Below, piece by piece: positions 10,278 to 18,108 of a stretch of DNA of 42,114 nt. The translations under genes were made by a program, and so were the position numbers. The notes below the pieces were generated by a model. The model was not told where the DNA came from, made no database searches, and saw nothing but the letters and a program-made list of their open reading frames with translations. The stretch lies in NCBI GenBank assembly GCA_963798915.1, contig CAWCVB010000016.1, positions 1 to 42,114 on the forward strand. Direction: 5' to 3'. The stretch's first letter is position 1. Each line of letters opens with the position of its first letter. The stretch is from an uncultured Gemmatimonadales bacterium. GTDB lineage: Bacteria > Gemmatimonadota > Gemmatimonadetes > Gemmatimonadales > GWC2-71-9.

Positions 10278-10789
10278 GGATTGTCGGCGGAGAGTTTGGC
10301 GGTCGGCATCTCGCGGTGCCGCGCGACGGACGAGTGCGGCCGACGGCGGACCGGGTGCGCGAGGCATGGATGAGCATCCTGGGGCCGGCGCTGCGGGCTG
10401 CCCGGGTTCTCGACCTTTTCGCCGGTAGCGGCGCCCTCGGCCTCGAGGCGCTCTCCCGCGGCGCCGCCTCGGCGGAGTTTGTCGAGCTGGCGCCCCGCTC
10501 GCTCGCTGCGCTGACGGAGAACATTGCCCGGCTCGGCGCTGAAGGACGCTCGCGAGTGCATCGCGCTGATGCCATGCGTTTCGTCGCTGGACTGCCGCTC
10601 GATGCGTTCGACGTAGTGTTCGCCGATCCACCGTATTCGACTGACCATGCGCAACGCCTCGCTGCCGGCTTCCATGTCAGCCCGTTTGCGCACATTCTTT
10701 CCATTGAACATCCGGCCGACCAGCAGCTGCCCGGTGGCGACTCGCGCCGCTATGGCGATACCGCTCTCACCTTCTTCAGGGCGCCATGA
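10274..10789 (+). CDS. rsmD: 16S rRNA m2G966 methyltransferase RsmD
   Basis: RPTADRVREA, LDLFAGSGALGLEALSRGA, DPPY; GTG start overlaps the recJ stop. Confidence 0.94.
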   Translation: MRIVGGEFGGRHLAVPRDGRVRPTADRVREAWMSILGPALRAARVLDLFAGSGALGLEALSRGAASAEFVELAPRSLAALTENIARLGAEGRSRVHRADAMRFVAGLPLDAFDVVFADPPYSTDHAQRLAAGFHVSPFAHILSIEHPADQQLPGGDSRRYGDTALTFFRAP

Positions 10790-11268
10790 CCCGGATCGCC
10801 ATCTATCCCGGCTCCTTCGACCCGCCGACCCGGGGCCACGAAGACCTCATTCGTCGAAGCCTCGCCCTCTGCGATCGCCTGGTCGTGGCGGTCGCCAGGA
10901 ACAGTGCCAAGGAGCCGTTGTTTTCGCTGGATGAGCGCTTGCGGCTGCTGCGCGAGTGCATCGGCGACGACAGCCGGATCCAGTTCGACAGCTTCGAGGG
11001 CTTGCTGGTTGACTACGCGCGGACCATCCGGGCCGGCATGGTGGTGCGGGGGCTGCGCGCGGTGAGCGACTTCGACTTCGAGTTTCAGATGGCATTGATG
11101 AACCGACAGCTTCATCATGAACTGGAAACGGTGTTTCTGGTCCCGGCCGTCGACCTCACCTTCCTGAGTTCCAGTCTGGTGCGGGAAGTTGCCCGTTATG
11201 GCGGTGACGTCTCGACGCTCGTTCATCCGGCGGTGGCGGATGCGCTGGCCCGGCGGTTCGGCGCGTGA
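10786..11268 (+). CDS. coaD: Phosphopantetheine adenylyltransferase
   Basis: [33 protein letters not shown]. Confidence 0.97.
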   Translation: MTRIAIYPGSFDPPTRGHEDLIRRSLALCDRLVVAVARNSAKEPLFSLDERLRLLRECIGDDSRIQFDSFEGLLVDYARTIRAGMVVRGLRAVSDFDFEFQMALMNRQLHHELETVFLVPAVDLTFLSSSLVREVARYGGDVSTLVHPAVADALARRFGA

Positions 11269-12209
11269 GTTTCCGGGAACAACTGCTGGCACGCGCAGCC
11301 GGGCGCCGGGCCCGCATCGCCTTTGCGGAAGGCGGCGACGCTCGCATCATCCTCGCGGCCGAGCGGCTCGAGGCGCTCGACATCGCAATTCCGGTCATGA
11401 TCGGTCCTGGCGGGCTCGATCCGGTGACTGATGCTCGCCGCGCAGCGGTGGCTGAGCACCTGCGCGGGCGCCGGCCGGAGCGCATCCGCGATGGGGTGGA
11501 GGCGCTCGACCTGGCCGCCGATCCGCTCAACTTTGCGGCGGGACTGCTGGCGCTCGGCGAGGTGGATGCCTGTGTGGCCGGGGCGGTCTACTCAAGCGGG
11601 GATGTCGTGCGCTCGGCGCTCTGGGCCATTGGTACAGCGCCCGGCATTTCGGTGGCGAGCTCGTCGTTCTACATGGCGCTCGGTGGCGACCGGGTGCTGA
11701 CGTTCACCGACTGCGCTGTCATTCCAGAGCCCACCCCGGTGCAGCTGGCCCAGATTGCGCTGGCCGCCGCCCGCGATCGCAAGCGTCTGGTCGGGGACGA
11801 ACCGCGGGTCGCATTTCTCTCGTACAGCACGGCGGGCAGCGCTCAGGGCCCCCGGGTGAACCGGGTGCGCGAGGCCCTGGCGCGGTTCCGCGAGCTGGCG
11901 CCCGGCATCCTCGCCGACGGGGAACTGCAGGCCGATGCTGCACTGGCACAGGACGTAGCAGCGAGGAAGGCGCCCGAGTCGCCGCTCCATGGCCAGGCCA
12001 ATATCCTGGTCTTTCCTGACCTCGACGCGGGCAACATCGCCTACAAGCTGGTGCAGCGGCTCGCCGGTGCTGCCGCGATCGGCCCGTTGCTGCAGGGGCT
12101 GGCCCGTCCGGTCTCGGACCTTTCCCGTGGCGCCAGCGTGGAGGATATTGTGGATGTAACGGCACTGCTGGCCTTACAGGCCGACCGCACCGAAGGAGAT
12201 TCGGCATGA
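11265..12209 (+). CDS. pta: Phosphate acetyl/butyryltransferase (short Pta)
   Basis: [39 protein letters not shown]...D catalytic segment. Confidence 0.88.
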   Translation: MSFREQLLARAAGRRARIAFAEGGDARIILAAERLEALDIAIPVMIGPGGLDPVTDARRAAVAEHLRGRRPERIRDGVEALDLAADPLNFAAGLLALGEVDACVAGAVYSSGDVVRSALWAIGTAPGISVASSSFYMALGGDRVLTFTDCAVIPEPTPVQLAQIALAAARDRKRLVGDEPRVAFLSYSTAGSAQGPRVNRVREALARFRELAPGILADGELQADAALAQDVAARKAPESPLHGQANILVFPDLDAGNIAYKLVQRLAGAAAIGPLLQGLARPVSDLSRGASVEDIVDVTALLALQADRTEGDSA

Positions 12210-12538
12210 GCTTTACGGCATCGCAGCAGGACGAGATCACGGTGATTCGTTCCGAGGGACAGCTCACCGTCAACAACCGCCAGGAGCTCAAGACCCTCGT
12301 CGGGGAGCGACTGGAGCAGGGCGACCGGCGTTTTGTGCTTGACTTCGGCGAGACTGGCTACATCGACTCGTCGGGACTCGGCGCGCTGGTGACCATTGCC
12401 AAGCAGGTGCGCGAGCGCGGTGGCGACCTGCGCCTAGGCGGGCTGAATGAGGACCTGCGTGCCCTCTTCGAGCTGACCAAGCTGGATACGCTCTTCAGCA
12501 TTTCGCCCTCGGCGAGCGAGGCACTCGCCGGATTCTGA
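12206..12538 (+). CDS. STAS-domain anti-sigma factor antagonist (RsbV/SpoIIAA-like)
   Basis: 110 aa; [11 protein letters not shown] with the phospho-acceptor Ser; FELTKLD. Confidence 0.93.
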   Translation: MSFTASQQDEITVIRSEGQLTVNNRQELKTLVGERLEQGDRRFVLDFGETGYIDSSGLGALVTIAKQVRERGGDLRLGGLNEDLRALFELTKLDTLFSISPSASEALAGF

Positions 12539-12544
12539 CGAGCC

Positions 12545-13006
12545 GTGACGACGCTTCGCCTCTGCGTTCGCCGGAGTACGGTTCCGGATCCTGCCGGTCC
12601 GGCGGCCCGAGTCGATCTGCGCCTCCCAAGCGACGTGGATTGCATCGAAGAAGCGGTCGCGCTGGTCACCCATCATTGCCTGGCCGGCAACCGGGCGGCG
12701 CAGCGCATGCGGTTTCGCCTCGAGGTGGTGCTGGCTGAGGCAATCGCCAACGCCATCTTGAGGGGCAACCGCGAGGACCCTCAGAAATCGGTCCAGGTTG
12801 CAGTGCTGGTTCGGGTGCCCGACATCCGAATCGTGGTGACCGATGAAGGGGGCGGCTTTGATCCGGCCTTGCTGCCCGAACCCGTGGCGCCGCAGCGTCT
12901 CGGCGAAGAGCGCGGCCGGGGCATCTTTCTGATCCGCCATCTCGCCGACGAAGTCTCCTTCAATGAGCGGGGAAATTCCATCTGCGCCATCCTGCTCCGC
13001 CGCTGA
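12545..13006 (+). CDS. Anti-sigma factor / Ser kinase, RsbW-like (HATPase_c)
   Basis: N-box EAIANAI, G1 DEGGGFDP, G2 GRGIFLI; follows the STAS gene. Confidence 0.88.
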   Translation: MTTLRLCVRRSTVPDPAGPAARVDLRLPSDVDCIEEAVALVTHHCLAGNRAAQRMRFRLEVVLAEAIANAILRGNREDPQKSVQVAVLVRVPDIRIVVTDEGGGFDPALLPEPVAPQRLGEERGRGIFLIRHLADEVSFNERGNSICAILLRR

Positions 13007-13023
13007 CGCCTCTGCGCGCCGCG

Positions 13024-14520
13024 TTGGACGCGCTGGGGGTCGTTTCTGGCACCCGGCTTCGCGTCTGGAAAGAAGAGGGGGACCGGACTGTTCCGCTCGG
13101 TGGAGCGGTGGACGACTGGGTCCCGGCCGCTCCATTGATGGCGGGGCCCCTCCAGACACCGGATGGCCGAGCCTGGCTCGAGCCCCTGCCGGGCGAGCCG
13201 GGCGCCTGGCTGCAGCTCACCGATGTTGACGCCGTTCGTGCGCCGGCGCTGGCACCGGCCCTCGCTGCGATTGTGAGTCCCCTGCTCGCCAATACCCGTG
13301 AAGAAGTCGAACTGCTCTACGGCATCAGCGAGATCCTCGGTCGGACGGTGAGTCTCACCGAGGCGGCCGAGACCATCATACGCCAGGCGGCAGCGGTGGT
13401 GGGCGCCCAGCGGGCGTCGATCATGGTGCACGACGAGCGGAGCCACGCGCTGCTCACCGTCGCCACCATCGGCTTCGATGCCAGCGAGGTCGAGCCCGTT
13501 TCAGTGGATGACCAGGCCAGCATTGCCGCCCGGGTGTTCCGCAACCAGGCGGCTGAGGCACGAGCGGCGCGGGATACCCGGCAGGCGCGCCGCTATCGCG
13601 GCGCGTCCTACCTGAGCGTACCAATTCGCTATGCCGCGCCCGGCATTCCGTTGCGGTGTGTCGGGGTGCTCAACTTCACTGATCGCAGCGGCGGTGATCG
13701 ATTCACCCAGGCTGAGCGGCAGCTGGTGACGACCGTCGCCAATTTCGTGGCCGTGGCCGTGGAGAATGCCCGGCTGGTTGCCCGGGAGCGGACCCAGCAG
13801 CGGCTGCGCCGGGAACTGGAACTGGCCTCCGACCTGCAGCGCCGAATCCTGCCTTCGCCAGCGGCGCTGCACGGCGATGCGACCGTGGCGGCCCGATGTG
13901 TGCCGGCCGAGTGGGTTGGAGGAGATTTTTACACCTTTTCCCGCTTGGGGAACGGGCGCGTCGGGGTCATGATCGGCGACGTGTCGTCGCACGGATTCTC
14001 AGCCGCGCTGGTCATGGCGCTTGTGCTCAGCGCCGCTGGTATTCATGCTGCGGCGCCGAGCACACCTGACGAGACGCTGGCCGCGATGTTTGAAGGGCTG
14101 CATGGCGAGCTGACTCGAACGGAGATGTACCTCACCGTCTTCTATGGCGTTCTGGACCGGGCGCGCGCGCAGTTGACCTATGCCAACGCGGGCCACCCCC
14201 ATGCTTTTCGTGTCGGCCCCGGCGGCTGTGAACGGCTGGGTGCAACCGCACCACCGATGGGTCTGGATGGCGCGGGAGGGATCGATCGGTGCATGCTGGA
14301 GTGGGACGTGGCCGACGACCTGCTCTGCCTCTGGACCGACGGGCTGGAGGACGCGCGTAATGCTGCGGGCGAGAAATTCGGTGAGGCACGGGTGCTGGAC
14401 ATCGTCCAGCAGCGAAGGAGCGAGTCACCCGAGGCCATTGTCGAGGCGGTGCTCGCCGAGGCAGGGTCCTTCGCCGCCGGGCTCGAGGACGACCGCACGA
14501 TGTTGATTCTCCGGCTGTGA
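13024..14520 (+). CDS. GAF + SpoIIE/PP2C phosphatase (RsbU-like)
   Basis: GAF (RASIMV...VGVLNF...AVENARL), coiled linker, PP2C motifs GGDFY, GDVSSHG, TDGL, DDRT; start uncertain. Confidence 0.9.
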   Translation: MDALGVVSGTRLRVWKEEGDRTVPLGGAVDDWVPAAPLMAGPLQTPDGRAWLEPLPGEPGAWLQLTDVDAVRAPALAPALAAIVSPLLANTREEVELLYGISEILGRTVSLTEAAETIIRQAAAVVGAQRASIMVHDERSHALLTVATIGFDASEVEPVSVDDQASIAARVFRNQAAEARAARDTRQARRYRGASYLSVPIRYAAPGIPLRCVGVLNFTDRSGGDRFTQAERQLVTTVANFVAVAVENARLVARERTQQRLRRELELASDLQRRILPSPAALHGDATVAARCVPAEWVGGDFYTFSRLGNGRVGVMIGDVSSHGFSAALVMALVLSAAGIHAAAPSTPDETLAAMFEGLHGELTRTEMYLTVFYGVLDRARAQLTYANAGHPHAFRVGPGGCERLGATAPPMGLDGAGGIDRCMLEWDVADDLLCLWTDGLEDARNAAGEKFGEARVLDIVQQRRSESPEAIVEAVLAEAGSFAAGLEDDRTMLILRL

Positions 14521-15329
14521 CCCGTCCGAGAGCGAAGCGACGGCTGGGGCAGCATTTTCTGGATGATCCATCCATCCTGCGGCGGATCGCCGACGCGACC
14601 GGCGCCAGTGAAGGCGATACCGTGCTCGAAATCGGCCCGGGCCCCGGAGGCCTGACCGCCGAACTGGTCGGACGCGGGAGCCGGGTGATTGCCATCGAGC
14701 GCGACACTGACCTGCTGGCAGAGCTGGCGGTGCGAGCGCCGGCGGCAACGGTGGTTCAGGGCGATGCACTCGAGCTGGACTGGCATGACGTCGCCGGACG
14801 CCCCGACCCGGCCCGCTGGATCATCGCGGGCAACATACCCTACAACATCACCTCGCCGCTGATCGATCGTGCCCTGGCCGGCCCGATGCCGGCGCGGATT
14901 GTGTTCCTGATGCAGCGCGAGGTGGCGGATCGGCTTGCGGCTGCACCGGGCAGCCGGACCTACGGCGCCCTGTCAGTCGGCGTTCAGGCCGTGGCGCGGG
15001 TCGAGCGACTCTTTGCGGTCGCGCGCGGGGCCTTCCGCCCCGCGCCCAAGGTTGACTCGGCGGTTGTCCGAATGACGCCTCGTCCGGATCCGATTGTCCC
15101 GATGGATCAGCTACCGGATTTCCGGCGATTCGTGGTGCAGCTTTTCGGGCTGCGGCGGAAGCAGCTTTCGGGCGCGCTGCGCCAGGTGACGAAGTGCTCT
15201 CCCCAAGCGGTGCGTGGGCTGCTCGAGCAGCAGGGAATTGCGCCTGAGCGTCGAGCCGAAACGCTGTCGCCGCAAGCATTTTGGCAGCTGGCCCAAGGAC
15301 TCGTTGACGCGGCCCGAGAGGGGTGCTAG
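14517..15329 (+). CDS. rsmA: 16S rRNA dimethyladenosine transferase RsmA/KsgA
   Basis: LGQHFL, VLEIGPGPG, GNIPYNI, FRPAPKVDS, RAETL. Confidence 0.96.
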   Translation: MTRPRAKRRLGQHFLDDPSILRRIADATGASEGDTVLEIGPGPGGLTAELVGRGSRVIAIERDTDLLAELAVRAPAATVVQGDALELDWHDVAGRPDPARWIIAGNIPYNITSPLIDRALAGPMPARIVFLMQREVADRLAAAPGSRTYGALSVGVQAVARVERLFAVARGAFRPAPKVDSAVVRMTPRPDPIVPMDQLPDFRRFVVQLFGLRRKQLSGALRQVTKCSPQAVRGLLEQQGIAPERRAETLSPQAFWQLAQGLVDAAREGC

Positions 15330-15332
15330 CTT
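15304..15332 (+). promoter_or_regulatory. Sigma70-type promoter of rex
   Basis: TTGACG (15304-15309), 17-bp spacer, extended TG (15324-15325), TAGCTT (15327-15332). Confidence 0.75.
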
Positions 15333-15349
15333 TGTGAAACATTTCACAA
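15332..15349. promoter_or_regulatory. Rex operator
   Basis: TTGTGAA-acat-TTCACAA, an exact match to the Rex consensus TTGTGAA-N4-TTCACAA, 6 bp before the rex ATG. Confidence 0.93.
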
Positions 15350-15355
15350 TAGGCT

Positions 15356-15985
15356 ATGCCCAGAGTCGCCGAATCCACCATCCGCCGTCTGTCGCTCTAC
15401 CTTCGGCTGCTCGAGGAGTTCGAGGCCCAGGGGATCGAGACGGTCAGCTCCGAGGCATTGGCCGGACGGGGTGGGACCACGTCTGCGCAGGTCCGGAAGG
15501 ACCTGTCGTTCTTTGGCTCGTTCGGCAAGCGGGGATTGGGCTATGCCGTTCCCGAGCTGATGGAACGGCTGCGGGCCATCCTGGGACTGAAGCGCCGGTA
15601 CCGGGTTGCCATGGTGGGCGCTGGGAAGATCGGCAGCGCGCTGCTTCAGTATCACGGGTTCCGTCAGCGCGGCTTCGACATTGTCGCGATCTTCGATGTC
15701 GACCCGGCCAAGATCGGCACTCGCTGGAACGGCCTCACGATTCAGGATGTGGCCCAGATGGAGTCGGTCCTTGGCGCCGAGCCAGTCGACATGGCCGTTC
15801 TGGTGACGCCGGCCGGCCCGGCCCAGCCCCTGGCTGACCGACTGGTCGCATTGGGGGTCACAGCCATTCTCAACTTTGCGCCGGTGCAGATCGTGGTCCC
15901 CGAGCAGGTGGTGGTCAAGAACGTGAATCTCGCCCTTGAACTCGAGACACTGAGCTACGCGCTGAACAATCGCCCAGTGCGCTGA
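15356..15985 (+). CDS. rex: Redox-sensing transcriptional repressor Rex
   Basis: TIRRLSLYLR, QVRKDLSFFGSFGKRGLGY, Rossmann GAGKIG, ILNFAP. Confidence 0.97.
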   Translation: MPRVAESTIRRLSLYLRLLEEFEAQGIETVSSEALAGRGGTTSAQVRKDLSFFGSFGKRGLGYAVPELMERLRAILGLKRRYRVAMVGAGKIGSALLQYHGFRQRGFDIVAIFDVDPAKIGTRWNGLTIQDVAQMESVLGAEPVDMAVLVTPAGPAQPLADRLVALGVTAILNFAPVQIVVPEQVVVKNVNLALELETLSYALNNRPVR

Positions 15986-16003
15986 CACGATTACCTTTCC
16001 GGC

Positions 16004-17236
16004 ATGGCTGCCGTCCACGTCACATCAGAAATTACCTCCCTTGAATCTGTCCTGGTGCACACGCCAGGTCTGGAGCTCGAAGCCGTCACGCCCGAGAATC
16101 GCGAGGACTACCTCTACGATGACATCATCGAAGTGGAGTCGGCGCAACGGGAACACCGGCAGTTCGTGGCGGTCCTGGAACGCTTTGCGCGCGTGCTGCA
16201 GGTGCGCGACCTGCTGAGCGAAGTGCTGGAAGGGCAGGAGGCACGCGAATTCCTGGTCAGCCGCACCATGGACGTGGTGCCCTCGGAGCCCCTCGCGCAG
16301 CGGCTGGCGGCGCTGCCACCGGCGGAGCTCGTCTCCATGCTGATCGAAGGGACCGAAGAGGAGCCAGGTGCCATCTCGCGGGCGCTCAATGAAGCGCGTT
16401 ATGCCCTGCCGGCGCTGCCGAACCTGTTCTTCCCCCGCGACATTGGCGTGGTGATCGGCGATCATGCGATCGTCGGGTCAATGCGCTACGGCATCCGCTG
16501 GACCGAAGAGCTCCTGGCCAAGACGCTGTTCCGTTTTCACCCTGAACTCGCGAACGAGGGCATCCTGTACGACGGCTCGGAAGAGCGGCGCAGCAACTAC
16601 ACGCTGGAAGGTGGTGATGTCCACGTCCTGCGGGAGGACGTCGTGCTGCTGGGCTTCAGCGAACGCAGCTCGACCGCGGCGCTGGATCGGCTCTCGGAGG
16701 TGCTCTTCGCGTCCGGCACCGTGCAGGCGGTGATCGTAGTGGTCATGCCGAAGACGCCCACCGCCATTCATCTCGACATGATCTTCTCACAGCTGGATCA
16801 CCAGCTTGGCATCGTGTATCCCCCATTCTTCGTCGGCGCCGAGCGGGTACCGATCCTGCTCCGCAGGCGTGGTGACGCCGGCGTGCGCGAAATGCCCAAC
16901 CTGTTCGCCGCGCTTCGCGAGGTGAACATCCTGCTCGAGCCGGTCTTCGCCGGTGGCACGCACCGGCTGACCCAGGATCGCGAGCAGTGGAGCTCTGCCT
17001 GCAACTTTCTCGCGGTGCGGCCGGGGCAGGTCATCTCCTATGCGCGGAACGTGGCGACCATCGAGGAATTGCGGCAGGCGGGTTTCCGGGTGGTGGACGG
17101 CAACGAGTTCCTGCAAGGGCACGCCCCGGTGCGCGACGGCGAACGGGCGGTGATTACCGTCGAGGGTGCCGAGATCGTGCGGGGCGGCGGCGGGCCGCGC
17201 TGCATGACCATGCCCCTTCGGCGAGCCGACGCATGA
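16004..17236 (+). CDS. arcA: Arginine deiminase family protein
   Basis: PNLFFPRD, LEGGDV, IHLD, REQW, GGGPRCMTMPL: complete Cys-His-Asp/Glu catalytic set. Confidence 0.88.
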   Translation: MAAVHVTSEITSLESVLVHTPGLELEAVTPENREDYLYDDIIEVESAQREHRQFVAVLERFARVLQVRDLLSEVLEGQEAREFLVSRTMDVVPSEPLAQRLAALPPAELVSMLIEGTEEEPGAISRALNEARYALPALPNLFFPRDIGVVIGDHAIVGSMRYGIRWTEELLAKTLFRFHPELANEGILYDGSEERRSNYTLEGGDVHVLREDVVLLGFSERSSTAALDRLSEVLFASGTVQAVIVVVMPKTPTAIHLDMIFSQLDHQLGIVYPPFFVGAERVPILLRRRGDAGVREMPNLFAALREVNILLEPVFAGGTHRLTQDREQWSSACNFLAVRPGQVISYARNVATIEELRQAGFRVVDGNEFLQGHAPVRDGERAVITVEGAEIVRGGGGPRCMTMPLRRADA

Positions 17237-18108
17237 TGGGCGTGGCGGCGCACCAGTCAGGGACGTTGCTGGAGAGCGTGCTCCTCGAGCTGCAGGGCGG
17301 GCCGGCCAGCGCGACCGCCTTATGCCAGCGCGTGCTGGGCCTTCCCCGGGTCCCAAAGGCCGTCGCTGAACGGGTGGCACTGGCCCTGCTCGGTGCCGAT
17401 CCACGGGTGCGCCAGCTCGCGGATGGACGCTGGGGCCTTGTGGCTGCGGTGCAGGACTCGCCCACGCTGGACGCCTGCACTTTCGCTGTCGTCGACGTCG
17501 AGACCACCGGCATGCGCGCGTGGGGATCGGACCGGATCACCGAGATCGCGGTGGTGGTAGTGCAGGGGCAACGCCGGGACCTGGTGTACCAGTCGCTGGT
17601 GAATCCGGGCCGGGCGATCCCGCCCTTCATTGCCTCGATGACCGGCATCAGCGACGCGAATGTGCGCCGTGCCCCCAGCTTCGCGGAAATCGCGGACGAC
17701 GTCCTGTCGGCACTGGGCGGTCGCGTCTTCGTGGCGCACAATGCCCGCTTTGACTGGGGCTTTGTGAGCGCCGAACTGCGGCGCTCGCGCGACGTGGTCC
17801 TGGACGGGCCCATGCTCTGCACGGTGCGGCTGGCGCGCCGGCTGGTGCGCGAGGTCCGCTCCTGCTCGCTCGACAACCTCTCGCAGCACTTTGGCCTGAA
17901 CAATGACGCGCGACACCGGGCGGCCGGCGATGCCGTGGCCACAGGTCATTTGCTGCACCGACTCATCGAGCGGGCGCTTGGCGAGGGTGCCCGGACACTG
18001 CAGGACCTGGAGGCGATTGCCTCCCGGCGCGCCCCGCGCCAGGCGCGCAAGCGCACGGCCTCGCCGTCGGCACCCCTGGCCGATTCGGTGCCCGAAGGAC
18101 CGGCGTGA
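17233..18108 (+). CDS. DEDDh 3'-5' exonuclease (DnaQ-like) with an N-terminal extension of about 75 aa
   Basis: ExoI VVDVETTG, ExoII AHNARFD, ExoIII HRAAGDA; ATG overlaps the arcA stop. Confidence 0.9.
   Translation: MMGVAAHQSGTLLESVLLELQGGPASATALCQRVLGLPRVPKAVAERVALALLGADPRVRQLADGRWGLVAAVQDSPTLDACTFAVVDVETTGMRAWGSDRITEIAVVVVQGQRRDLVYQSLVNPGRAIPPFIASMTGISDANVRRAPSFAEIADDVLSALGGRVFVAHNARFDWGFVSAELRRSRDVVLDGPMLCTVRLARRLVREVRSCSLDNLSQHFGLNNDARHRAAGDAVATGHLLHRLIERALGEGARTLQDLEAIASRRAPRQARKRTASPSAPLADSVPEGPA

Noticed and set aside
16987..17232. Extended N-termini in the ORF track (exonuclease 16987, pheT 21206, rsmE 2899, rsmD 10214, nadK 31090, ORF 34809)
   Set aside because: They overlap upstream genes or the tRNA; downstream starts with NTGA coupling or an SD fit the family N-termini better
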